A DNA stretch of 64,000 bases from IMG/VR virus record IMGVR_UViG_3300020419_000004; one strand, given 5' to 3'. Shown piece by piece: positions 38,895 to 47,534 of this stretch. A program made the position numbers and the translations under genes. Under the pieces are notes generated by a model. That model saw nothing but the letters and a program-made list of their open reading frames with translations, had not been told where the DNA came from and searched no databases. The DNA is from a virus. Numbering within the stretch: position 1 is the stretch's first letter; each line of letters starts with the position of its first letter.

Positions 38895-40088
38895 ATGAAA
38901 TCTTTCTCTGACTTTGCAAAGAAAACGCAAGCCGCGGAAAAAAACATCACTCGTGACAAGTTCTATAAGAACGAAGTCTATAAAAAAGGAGAGTGGGTTT
39001 TAACTGAAGCTGGTCAGGTAGGTAAGATTTTACGTCGAGGTCCTAACTATGTGCTGTGTCTTACTGCTGAAGAAACAACCTTCCGCACTTGGATTACAGA
39101 CATCAAAGAAGTATTCGAGATTGGAACTGATGCGTATCGTGAGTATGTTATGTCATTAACGCCTGGTCAGAAGGTACAGAAACCTTCAGGTACAGTTGCA
39201 GTTAAACAAGTTATTCCAACAGACCCTAAAAAAGATAAGATGAGCCATCACGAGGAAAAGAAGTCACTAGCACAATTAGCTGCTGAGACAAGTTTAAACA
39301 CTAAGTTCAAGAGTGTTAAAGAGACATGGAGATATGATTACTCCGCAACCATAGGTAACACAGACATTAAAGGCAAGGGTGCTGATGGTGTAGGTGGTGG
39401 TGATGCACCAGGTATGAAACTTGCAGAACCAAAGGGTGAAGAAGGTAAACCAGAAATAAAAAAGGTAAAGCATTCATGTGCTACTAAGGTAGAGCATGCA
39501 GAGTGGGGCACAGGTAACTGTCTATCAGGAGAGCATACTCTTCTAGAAGATGGAACTGTAACACACTATGATGTTATGTTTGAGCATGGACTAGAGAAAA
39601 ATGTCGCTGTTGAAGACATTACTATTACTAAAGAAGCAGTTCATGAGCATGTTACTAGACCAGAAGGTAACATAGATCAAGAAGAAGTAAACACTGATCT
39701 ACCTGCAGGACCACACGGACAGACTTTCGTAGAACCTGCAATCAAGTCAGAAGGATACGGTAAAGGTAGTAAGAAGAAGAAGGCACAGGAAGAAAGATCC
39801 GAAGTCGTTGGTGAAGAGAAGAAAAAGAAAGGCAAGGGTAAGTTCTGGCAAGACTCTGATGGTGATGGTAAGTGGTACGAAAAGGATGACGTAAAGAAAG
39901 AAGAGACTGTTGAAGAAGGTAAGGGTCTCTATGCTAACATCCATGCTAAGAGAAAGCGTGGTGAGAAAATGCGTAGTAAGGGTGACAAAGGTGCACCAAG
40001 TGAGAAGGACTTTAAAGATTCAGCGAAGACAGCTAAGAAAGAATCATTATCTTTCGCAGCATTCAGGAGTATTGCTGAAAAAAAGTAA
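38895..40088 (+). CDS. Mosaic K/E-rich putative internal head protein
   Basis: MKSFSDF start; HSCATKVEHAEWG, WQDSDGDGKWYE and GLYANIHAKRKR modules; late promoter. Confidence 0.7.
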   Translation: MKSFSDFAKKTQAAEKNITRDKFYKNEVYKKGEWVLTEAGQVGKILRRGPNYVLCLTAEETTFRTWITDIKEVFEIGTDAYREYVMSLTPGQKVQKPSGTVAVKQVIPTDPKKDKMSHHEEKKSLAQLAAETSLNTKFKSVKETWRYDYSATIGNTDIKGKGADGVGGGDAPGMKLAEPKGEEGKPEIKKVKHSCATKVEHAEWGTGNCLSGEHTLLEDGTVTHYDVMFEHGLEKNVAVEDITITKEAVHEHVTRPEGNIDQEEVNTDLPAGPHGQTFVEPAIKSEGYGKGSKKKKAQEERSEVVGEEKKKKGKGKFWQDSDGDGKWYEKDDVKKEETVEEGKGLYANIHAKRKRGEKMRSKGDKGAPSEKDFKDSAKTAKKESLSFAAFRSIAEKK

Positions 40089-40126
40089 GTGGGACTGTCG
40101 AGGTGATGCCTACGATGGAGGATCCC
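40065..40126 (+). other. Candidate -1 programmed ribosomal frameshift signal
   Basis: AGGAG - 9 nt - A AAA AAG - TAA - stem-loop starting 5 nt downstream. Confidence 0.6.
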
Positions 40127-40273
40127 GATGGTCGTAAACATGGTAATGAACCAGCACCTAAGGTTGACGAGAAGACTGGGAAGGTAAAGAAGATGACTTG
40201 CAATCACACCAAAGAAGGTGTAGAATGTCCAGTACACGGAAGTAAAGGTTGTCCGAATATAATAAACGTTTAG
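40106..40273 (+). CDS. 55-aa Cys/His ORF in the -1 frame; probably the frameshift extension of 38895-40088
   Basis: MPTMEDPDG...CNHTKEGVECPVHGSKGCP; frame open back to the slippery site. Confidence 0.65.
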   Translation: MPTMEDPDGRKHGNEPAPKVDEKTGKVKKMTCNHTKEGVECPVHGSKGCPNIINV

Positions 40274-40276
40274 AGT

Positions 40277-40978
40277 ATGAGAAAAATTTGGCAAGAGGAT
40301 GTGATCTCTGATCTATCCTCATTTCGTAATCTCAAAAATCAATATAGACAGATCATTCCAGAGATCATAAAATTTGTGGAGGTCAATCAACCCATCTTAA
40401 ACGAGTGGGTGCTTGACAAGTGGGTAGAAGATAGAAATATGGGTAGAGTACAACTATGGGATGGGTCATGGACAGTGATCCCTATGCCACTTAATCCTGT
40501 AGGTACTACAGCAACAGAAGAAGACTTTGAACTCAGCGAGATGGTATCATTCGTTGAGTTATTTAATACTACGATAGAAAAGGTACAAGAAGTACTACCG
40601 AAATTGACTGAGAGTATGGAACAATTGTGTCCTACATTCTACAATGCTATCAAAGAAGATGTAGATGGACAGTTACTTAAGTCATGTACTATAAGTAAGC
40701 TATCGCCAGGTACAAAGATCAATCCACATAGCGGTGACATAGATTCTTTACGACTCCACTACCCTATCATTGAAGATGATGGTGCATGGTTGAGTGTACG
40801 TGGACGTAAAAGAACATGGAAGGTAGGAGAACTCTTTGCATTCCATGATCATGACAAGCATTGGGCACAACATAACGGTAAACACGACAGAATTGTGGTG
40901 ATTATGGACTATGCACTGTCTCAACTAGAGGAAAGGGGTATATTTATAGAGAAATGGGAGGAAGAACTGGCTATATAA
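40277..40978 (+). CDS. Aspartyl/asparaginyl beta-hydroxylase-domain protein
   Basis: LSPGTKINPHSG, LRLHYP, WKVGELFAFHD, HWAQHNG, RIVVIMD. Confidence 0.88.
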   Translation: MRKIWQEDVISDLSSFRNLKNQYRQIIPEIIKFVEVNQPILNEWVLDKWVEDRNMGRVQLWDGSWTVIPMPLNPVGTTATEEDFELSEMVSFVELFNTTIEKVQEVLPKLTESMEQLCPTFYNAIKEDVDGQLLKSCTISKLSPGTKINPHSGDIDSLRLHYPIIEDDGAWLSVRGRKRTWKVGELFAFHDHDKHWAQHNGKHDRIVVIMDYALSQLEERGIFIEKWEEELAI

Positions 40979-40999
40979 TGTAACAATTGCAATTTAATT

Positions 41000-41185
41000 A
41001 TGACTAAATTCCTACTACCTATCGCAATCAACGTAATAAACAAAGCGGTAGATAAGATCCCAGAGGATCTAGAAGAGACACTTAAGAAGTTCGTTATCGG
41101 CATCCTTAAAAAAGCTGCTGCTAAATCGGGCAACAAAGTAGATGATCAACTAGTCGCAGCACTAGAGAAAGCACTGCTTGAATAA
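41000..41185 (+). CDS. Small conserved amphipathic protein
   Basis: 61 aa, NKVDDQLVAALEKAL. Confidence 0.7.
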   Translation: MTKFLLPIAINVINKAVDKIPEDLEETLKKFVIGILKKAAAKSGNKVDDQLVAALEKALLE

Positions 41186-41188
41186 ATA
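41182..41188 (+). promoter_or_regulatory. Late promoter (ATAAATA)
   Basis: Upstream of 41224. Confidence 0.6.
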
Positions 41189-41223
41189 AAATATAGACAA
41201 CTTTTAAAAAATCGGAGATTGCC

Positions 41224-42087
41224 ATGTCGCTTTATGGTAAGGACGACAGTAACGCCAATAAAACCAAAGCGGGTATTGGTGTAGCTGCAAGTTCAAACAC
41301 AAAAACAATCGTCTTCATTGATGACACAGAAGCACAACTAGCTGAGAACAAAGCACGTGGTGTTAGTTCACCAGGTTGGCATAGTTTCTACACATATACT
41401 GACATGCACGGTAAGACCCGTACTAAATCAGAGATGTTAGTTTCTATTGCAGGTCCTGAGGCAAACGCAAGTGAGACACAAGCTGATGATACGATCGGAG
41501 CAGATATTACATCCGTAATCACACCAGGTACAGTTGCATCTATCACAACATTCGCTCCTGCGGGTGCTGTTGCAACGTTTACATCTAACGGTGCTGCTGA
41601 TGGTTCAAGAACAGCTGGAACATACACTGTAACTAACGCTGCAGGTAACGCATCTGGAACAGGTGCTGACTTCTCAGTCGTAGTTGCTGCAAACGGAACA
41701 CCTACAGTCACACAGACATCTGGTGGTACAGGTTACGCTGACAACGAGACAATAACAATTGCTGACGCATCACTTGGTGGTGGTGGCGGTGCTGCTGTTG
41801 TTCTTACAGTCACTGTTGCTGCAACAGCTGCTGCTACATTCACATTGAGTGGAGCATCATCTACAGGTTCAGGTGCATCTCTTACATACCAATGGCAGAG
41901 AGCAGAGTCTGGTTCAACCAACTTCCAAGACTTGGCTGGCAAGACTTCAGCAAACACTGGATCCCTTACAGGACTTACAGTTGCTGCTGACAATGGAGCA
42001 CAATACAGATGTGTTGTTAACAACAGCATCGGTGGTGTTACAAAGACCAGTACTGCAGGTACTCTAACTGTTACAGACAGAGCATAA
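41224..42087 (+). CDS. Putative virion protein with C-terminal Ig-like domain
   Basis: MSLYG...SPGW N-terminus, T/G/A-rich beta region, YQWQ...DNGAQYRCVV Ig signature. Confidence 0.8.
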   Translation: MSLYGKDDSNANKTKAGIGVAASSNTKTIVFIDDTEAQLAENKARGVSSPGWHSFYTYTDMHGKTRTKSEMLVSIAGPEANASETQADDTIGADITSVITPGTVASITTFAPAGAVATFTSNGAADGSRTAGTYTVTNAAGNASGTGADFSVVVAANGTPTVTQTSGGTGYADNETITIADASLGGGGGAAVVLTVTVAATAAATFTLSGASSTGSGASLTYQWQRAESGSTNFQDLAGKTSANTGSLTGLTVAADNGAQYRCVVNNSIGGVTKTSTAGTLTVTDRA

Positions 42088-42090
42088 TGT

Positions 42091-42462
42091 ATGAGATTTG
42101 ATGAATTGAACGAGGACAACTACGTCCTCTTTGCTATTAAACATTATGATAATCCACAGGCTGCTACAAAGGAAGATTTCTTTGAGGACATGAGACGTTT
42201 TAAATATATTAAACGTCTCCTCAAGAAATACCACAAAGGAACTGAGGTCAAACTCAATCTTCTTTTGAACCATATCATAATTATATACAACGTCTTTGGT
42301 GACGCTGCACCACTACTACTCTTCTATAAAATGGAGAGAGATTACTGGTCAGATATAAAGGCAATCATGGTATTTTTAAACAAGTACCCTGAACTAGAAA
42401 CAAGCAGTCTCCATGAGATTGCAGTTAATGAGTGTATCTTAGAGGAGCTTAAACAGATATGA
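42091..42462 (+). CDS. Conserved T4-like hypothetical protein
   Basis: FAIKHYDNP, EDMRRFKYIKRLL, LLLNHII. Confidence 0.8.
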   Translation: MRFDELNEDNYVLFAIKHYDNPQAATKEDFFEDMRRFKYIKRLLKKYHKGTEVKLNLLLNHIIIIYNVFGDAAPLLLFYKMERDYWSDIKAIMVFLNKYPELETSSLHEIAVNECILEELKQI

Positions 42463-43163
42463 TGGGTGCAATGGGTATCACTAATAAAGGTCCTATTAAT
42501 ACACCTACTACAGGACAAGGTGCTATTGCGGGCTTTGATCCTATCATGAAACTCCATAGGAGAGCAGTGAAGAAGAGGAAGAAGATGGAGTCTGCTGGTA
42601 AACAGTGGGAGCATCGGAAAGCGGATCCAACCTACATAGATGGTAGGAGTAAACAGGCTCGAAAACTTATTAAACGTCTAACTAAGAAAAAGAAAATGGC
42701 TGAGGAAACAGTACTTCGCGAAGAAGAAAAGACTAGCAGTGGCGGTGAGAACACCAAGCAGGCTTACAAATTTATTTCACAGAAACGTAAGGTTCAGAAG
42801 AAGCAAGAGCGTGAGAAGCGTGCTGCTGGACGTAAGCAAGAAATTCAAATGATATCTCGTGCCAAATCATCTGACTACCAGAAGAAAGCAAAGGATAGAC
42901 AGAAGAAGTTATCAACTCAGTTGAAGAAAGAAGAGTTTGGTGATGGTCTAGTGTACCTAGAGTCATTATGTGAACAGATTGAGAGTAATAATACTAACCC
43001 AACAACCTATTTCTTCTATGATGAGACTGAAATGGAGTTGACACAGGCAGAAGCAACTGTTATAATAGATAGGTTCAATCAGTTATCTGAAGATCATAAG
43101 GATGCATTTGCTAAGATGCTTCCCGATAGTAAAGAGATAATGACCACGTTTATGTCTATGTAA
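42459..43163 (+). CDS. Basic/acidic hypothetical, possible internal head protein
   Basis: GAIAGFDP, K/R-rich middle, EE sites. Confidence 0.65.
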   Translation: MMGAMGITNKGPINTPTTGQGAIAGFDPIMKLHRRAVKKRKKMESAGKQWEHRKADPTYIDGRSKQARKLIKRLTKKKKMAEETVLREEEKTSSGGENTKQAYKFISQKRKVQKKQEREKRAAGRKQEIQMISRAKSSDYQKKAKDRQKKLSTQLKKEEFGDGLVYLESLCEQIESNNTNPTTYFFYDETEMELTQAEATVIIDRFNQLSEDHKDAFAKMLPDSKEIMTTFMSM

Positions 43164-43996
43164 TGCTTGGGTATATTAATGTATTAAGTGAAGATCAAAC
43201 CAAACAAACAATAAACTTAGTCGAGAAACTAGAAAAAGTATGGATCCGTAGGGCACCTGACCCTATGGATTTTTTTACTGTCGGTGCATGTACATACATG
43301 GAAGGTTGTGAGAGTATTAAAAAGTACCACCGTCACAGGAAAGTCATGAACCCTGTATTGAAGAAGCATTTTACATGGTTGTATGATATATTACTAGACA
43401 AGTTAGCTACGCAGTTCGGTCCTTGTGAGATCGTAGATGAACTAGGTCATCCTGGTTTTCATATCTTCGGACATAAACCAGGTCAGGTATCAGATCCTGA
43501 GTGTGCTAGGAGGTTTGAGAAACCATTAGCATCTCTTCATGTGGACATACAGTACAAAGAACACATGAATTACTGGACAACATATGATGAGTTTGACTTA
43601 GAGGATCAATTATCATTTACTTTACCTATAGAGTTACCCACACATGGTGGTGGACTATGGTTATGGGATTGGTTGAAGTTGGATACAGAACAGATTGACA
43701 ACTTCAATTTCCAAGGTGATGAGAATAAGGATACATATATCAAACAACACATGAAAGATATTGATCCCAGAGAGAGTAAGGAGTTCTGGGAGAATGGATC
43801 TCTACCGTTTGAATACAATCCTATATACGACACGAAACCTATGGTAGTACCGTACACAGTAGGTAAATTATTCTATCATGTCGGACATATCTTACATCAA
43901 ATTATTCCTGGATATAAATTACAACCAGGTGACAGACGAATTACTTTACAGGGACATGGGATTAAGTGTGATGGCATATGGAAAATATACTTTTAG
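43163..43996 (+). CDS. 2OG-Fe(II) oxygenase-like protein, paralog A
   Basis: LHVD, LSFTLPIELPTHGGGL, HILHQI, RRITLQGHG. Confidence 0.75.
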   Translation: MLGYINVLSEDQTKQTINLVEKLEKVWIRRAPDPMDFFTVGACTYMEGCESIKKYHRHRKVMNPVLKKHFTWLYDILLDKLATQFGPCEIVDELGHPGFHIFGHKPGQVSDPECARRFEKPLASLHVDIQYKEHMNYWTTYDEFDLEDQLSFTLPIELPTHGGGLWLWDWLKLDTEQIDNFNFQGDENKDTYIKQHMKDIDPRESKEFWENGSLPFEYNPIYDTKPMVVPYTVGKLFYHVGHILHQIIPGYKLQPGDRRITLQGHGIKCDGIWKIYF

Positions 43997-44859
43997 ACTT
44001 TAATAGAATACAAGTCCTAACACCTGAGGAGACTGGGGACGTATTTAATGAGCTCATATCCATGAGGAAACTCTGGTTGCCTAGGACTAACTGGCATCCT
44101 GCATTTGAAATCACAGGATCTGACAATGATATAGAATCATACGTGCACTACTATACTCTGGGTGCTGCCCTCTATATGGATGCTAGAGATAAGGGTTGGG
44201 ACTTCTATACTAAGTTATATAAAATGTATAACCGTGTCTTGTGGAAGCGTCTAGGGTGGTTATATGATAAGTTTCTAGTAGAAATACAAAAAGAAATAGG
44301 AGAGGCAGAATACACTGAAGGACTTGGTTTACCTGGTTTTCACATCTATGAGTTTGATGATGCAACCAGTGATATAAAACACCATAGATGTCTCCACTAT
44401 GATGGACAGTGGTGGTATGCTAGGAAGTTTTTTCAGGAGAAATTTAAAAAGGTAGACTTCAAAAACCAGTTGAGTTATACATTTAGTATCAAGTTACCCC
44501 ACAGTGGTGCAGGTATTGCTATGTGGAATTTACCTAAAGAGTTTAATGATAAGGCAAATGCTCTCAAGAATGGTGAGGATATAATAAAAAGATATGAGAA
44601 CGTACAATACGTCAAGGAGATAAAGCAACTAAAGAACCTTGAGGAACCATGGAAGTATGACGAACTCTTTTATGGTGATGGTGATCTAGATCCTTTCATA
44701 CCACATGTCATCCCACATCTAGAAGGGCATTCATTCTGGTACTCTGGTATGATTATGCATCAGATGATACTAGGAGATAAGTTTAAGAAGGGTGATTATA
44801 GGATTACATTCCAAGGACATGGACTTAAGTGTGATGGTAAGTGGAGGCTTTGGTGGTGA
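43978..44859 (+). CDS. 2OG-Fe(II) oxygenase-like protein, paralog B
   Basis: LHYD, LSYTFSIKLPHSGAGI, MIMHQM, RITFQGHG. Confidence 0.75.
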   Translation: MENILLDFNRIQVLTPEETGDVFNELISMRKLWLPRTNWHPAFEITGSDNDIESYVHYYTLGAALYMDARDKGWDFYTKLYKMYNRVLWKRLGWLYDKFLVEIQKEIGEAEYTEGLGLPGFHIYEFDDATSDIKHHRCLHYDGQWWYARKFFQEKFKKVDFKNQLSYTFSIKLPHSGAGIAMWNLPKEFNDKANALKNGEDIIKRYENVQYVKEIKQLKNLEEPWKYDELFYGDGDLDPFIPHVIPHLEGHSFWYSGMIMHQMILGDKFKKGDYRITFQGHGLKCDGKWRLWW

Positions 44860-45578
44860 GTAGGACTTGGTTTGATAAATTCTGGACACATGAGGACATC
44901 TGTCCCAGACTTAAGTATCTTTTAGATGATTTTGATGCGATAAGACAAGAGTTCCTTGACAATAAGGACAAACTTGTATGGAACTCATGGAACTATGGAC
45001 TTAAGAGATACCAGAAGGACTGGGTATACAAAGCATACGAGGGTTGGGAGGTTGCAGGTCTATATGCAGAGAAACATCCATCTATCGACTGGGGTAACCT
45101 AGGATATACAGATGATCATGGGACTAAAGAGGATCCTAAAGGGGTGTATCAATGTACAGGGACAGATGATATCTTACTGGATAGAGTTGATGAGAATGGT
45201 ATAGGATATACAAAGAACTGTTTGGTGCTACCTAAGTTGACTAAGCATCTACGTGATGCAGGTATCACTAGTAGAACAGCTATCAGTGTGACTGATCCGA
45301 CTACTGGTTTGGCATGGCATGTGGATAAAGACCCAGAGACTAAGGATACTATGTTGATCAGAGGGTTGATTGGTTTAGATGTACGAGTGGGGTTTGATGA
45401 AGAGTGTTACATTGGTATCGGAACTCCTAAGCATGAGGATAAGCATGACATCAGGACAGGTGTTGACCTATTTTTTTACAGCAGAGTTCCCCATCATGTA
45501 GTAAACAGGTTGAAACACCCTCGATATTGTATACTCTTGGACGTTTTGGTACCTAAAGACACACTCCGTAATAAATAA
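44841..45578 (+). CDS. Beta-hydroxylase-like oxygenase
   Basis: GWEVAGLY, LAWHVD, RGLIGLD, PHHVVN, RYCILLD. Confidence 0.65.
   Translation: MEALVVSRTWFDKFWTHEDICPRLKYLLDDFDAIRQEFLDNKDKLVWNSWNYGLKRYQKDWVYKAYEGWEVAGLYAEKHPSIDWGNLGYTDDHGTKEDPKGVYQCTGTDDILLDRVDENGIGYTKNCLVLPKLTKHLRDAGITSRTAISVTDPTTGLAWHVDKDPETKDTMLIRGLIGLDVRVGFDEECYIGIGTPKHEDKHDIRTGVDLFFYSRVPHHVVNRLKHPRYCILLDVLVPKDTLRNK
45571..45577 (+). promoter_or_regulatory. Late promoter (ATAAATA)
   Basis: Upstream of 45603. Confidence 0.6.
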
Positions 45579-45602
45579 TTCAGTGGAAATACCTATTGTA
45601 AG

Positions 45603-46019
45603 ATGGCAGAGAACATCAACGCAGCAATAATAGAACGACTGGAGAAGGTAGTGCATAAACTCCAAGAGAACTCTGTGAAGATGGGTCAACTTCTTGCTGT
45701 GCATAATGAGAAGCTAGACAAACAGGATAGGATTGACGCAGTATTATTTGAGAAAGTAGATAGTGTCCACCGAGAAGTCACCCGCAAGACAGATGAAATC
45801 AAAAAAGGATGCGAGAGAGACATCAGAAAAGTCGATGACCGTCTTAGGACGATGGAAAAGAAAATGTGGTCTATCTTTGGTGGTCTTGCTATTATATCTT
45901 TCTTGGTTAGTCCAGTCGGACAAAAAATAATTAAACCCATCTTGACAAACGGATCAGCGTCTGCTACAGTACTAAATGCAAGACCTGTAGTGAATGAATT
46001 TTATTCAACAGTACTCTGA
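45603..46019 (+). CDS. Coiled-coil protein with C-terminal membrane anchor
   Basis: LLAVHNEKL, heptad pattern, WSIFGGLAIISFLV. Confidence 0.75.
   Translation: MAENINAAIIERLEKVVHKLQENSVKMGQLLAVHNEKLDKQDRIDAVLFEKVDSVHREVTRKTDEIKKGCERDIRKVDDRLRTMEKKMWSIFGGLAIISFLVSPVGQKIIKPILTNGSASATVLNARPVVNEFYSTVL
45942..45970 (+). promoter_or_regulatory. Sigma70-type promoter for the primase/nrd block
   Basis: TTGACA-17 nt-TACAGT with upstream TG. Confidence 0.6.
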
Positions 46020-46545
46020 TGTACTGCCTGAGGATCTTATAGGGAGTTTACTCTCTCTAATAGATCAGAACATACAATATAATGTGAGGTCTAATACTAC
46101 TCAACAGGACAAACAACTGTCCTTAGAACCCTTTTGGCCTGACTTAGCAGCACAAGTGAACCAAAGTTTACTGAGTGCTACCCTAAAGGATTACTTAGAG
46201 AGACATCCATATCTCTCAAGGCATCCTGAGTGGACGAGTGCGAACACATTGCTTCAGAAGACTTCATCATGTGAAGGATACCATGAGTGGCACTGTGAGA
46301 GTATGGGTTGGGTTAACAATAATAGAGCAATAGCATGGATGATCTACCTCAACGATGTAGATGAAGGTGGAGAGACAGAGTTCTTATATCAAAGGAAGAG
46401 GTTCAAACCTACCAGAAATACTGCATTACTGTGGCCAGGTTCATGGGATCATGTTCATAGGGGCAACCCTCCTCTTAGTGGAGACAAGTATATCTTGACA
46501 GGATGGTATACTCCTACTACTAGCATGCCTAAGTTTGAAGTATGA
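45994..46545 (+). CDS. 2OG-Fe(II) oxygenase (prolyl-hydroxylase-like)
   Basis: YHEWHCE, WMIYLNDVDEGGETEF, HVHRG, KYILTGW. Confidence 0.9.
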   Translation: MNFIQQYSDVLPEDLIGSLLSLIDQNIQYNVRSNTTQQDKQLSLEPFWPDLAAQVNQSLLSATLKDYLERHPYLSRHPEWTSANTLLQKTSSCEGYHEWHCESMGWVNNNRAIAWMIYLNDVDEGGETEFLYQRKRFKPTRNTALLWPGSWDHVHRGNPPLSGDKYILTGWYTPTTSMPKFEV

Positions 46546-47534
46546 GTTATATTGATACAAAATATCTCAATCTGGCATCTGCAACACTGCAGAAGTATAA
46601 GAAACTAAAACCAGGTGTGTGGACATTCAGATGTCCCTACTGTGGTGACAGTAAGAAACATAGAAACAAAACTAGAGGATATATCTTCTCAGTCAAGGGA
46701 GACCATGTGTTTAAATGCCACAACTGTGGTGTCACAAGGTCTTTTTCTAACTTCTTAAAGGACAATGCTCCTCATGTGTATGACCAGTATGTAATGGAGA
46801 GATACAAGGAGGGAACCATAGGTGGTAACGTTTCTAAACCAGATCTGTCACAGTTTGTTTCCAAACCAAAGTTCAAGAAACGAACCGTAGATCTGGAACC
46901 TCTTTCTTGTCTAAATAATTTTCACCTAGCGAAAAAATATATCCTCGATAGAGGTATCCCAGAGAACAAATTAGACCGATTGTACTACTGTCCTAAGTTT
47001 AAGGAATGGAGTAACACACAGAAGCAGACATTCCCTGATACCACTAACGATGAAGCGAGAATTATTATACCACTGAATGATACTGATGGAAATCTTATAG
47101 GTTTTCAAGGTAGATCTTTGTCTCCAAATGCAAAGATGAGATACATCACGGTCATGCTCGATGAGGATGCACCCAAACTATACGGACTAGATCACATAAA
47201 CAAAAATGAAACAATCTACATTGTCGAAGGACCTTTCGACTCCTTCTTCTTGGAGAACTCGGTTGCTATGTGCGGTTCCGATGTTGATATTCGGTCGTTT
47301 AATTGGAGCGATTATATTTGGGTTTATGATAATGAACCTAGGAGCAAACAAATCACCGACAAACTCTCCAAGTCAATCGACAGTGGAGATAAAGTAGTCA
47401 TTTGGCCAAGTCATATAGAGGAGAAAGACCTCAATGACATGGCTAATAGTGGTGTTAATGTAAAAAGTGTGGTACAATCTAACGTGTACCAAGGATTAAA
47501 AGCAAAGTTACAACTATCAAATTGGAAAATATGA
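46542..47534 (+). CDS. gp61: DNA primase
   Basis: RCPYCGDS and CHNCG Zn finger, FQGR, IVEGPFDS, DNEPR. Confidence 0.97.
   Translation: MSYIDTKYLNLASATLQKYKKLKPGVWTFRCPYCGDSKKHRNKTRGYIFSVKGDHVFKCHNCGVTRSFSNFLKDNAPHVYDQYVMERYKEGTIGGNVSKPDLSQFVSKPKFKKRTVDLEPLSCLNNFHLAKKYILDRGIPENKLDRLYYCPKFKEWSNTQKQTFPDTTNDEARIIIPLNDTDGNLIGFQGRSLSPNAKMRYITVMLDEDAPKLYGLDHINKNETIYIVEGPFDSFFLENSVAMCGSDVDIRSFNWSDYIWVYDNEPRSKQITDKLSKSIDSGDKVVIWPSHIEEKDLNDMANSGVNVKSVVQSNVYQGLKAKLQLSNWKI

Noticed and set aside
45603-46019. Holin call for the coiled-coil/TM protein
   Set aside because: A single C-terminal TM and late promoter are compatible, but there is no adjacent endolysin or diagnostic motif
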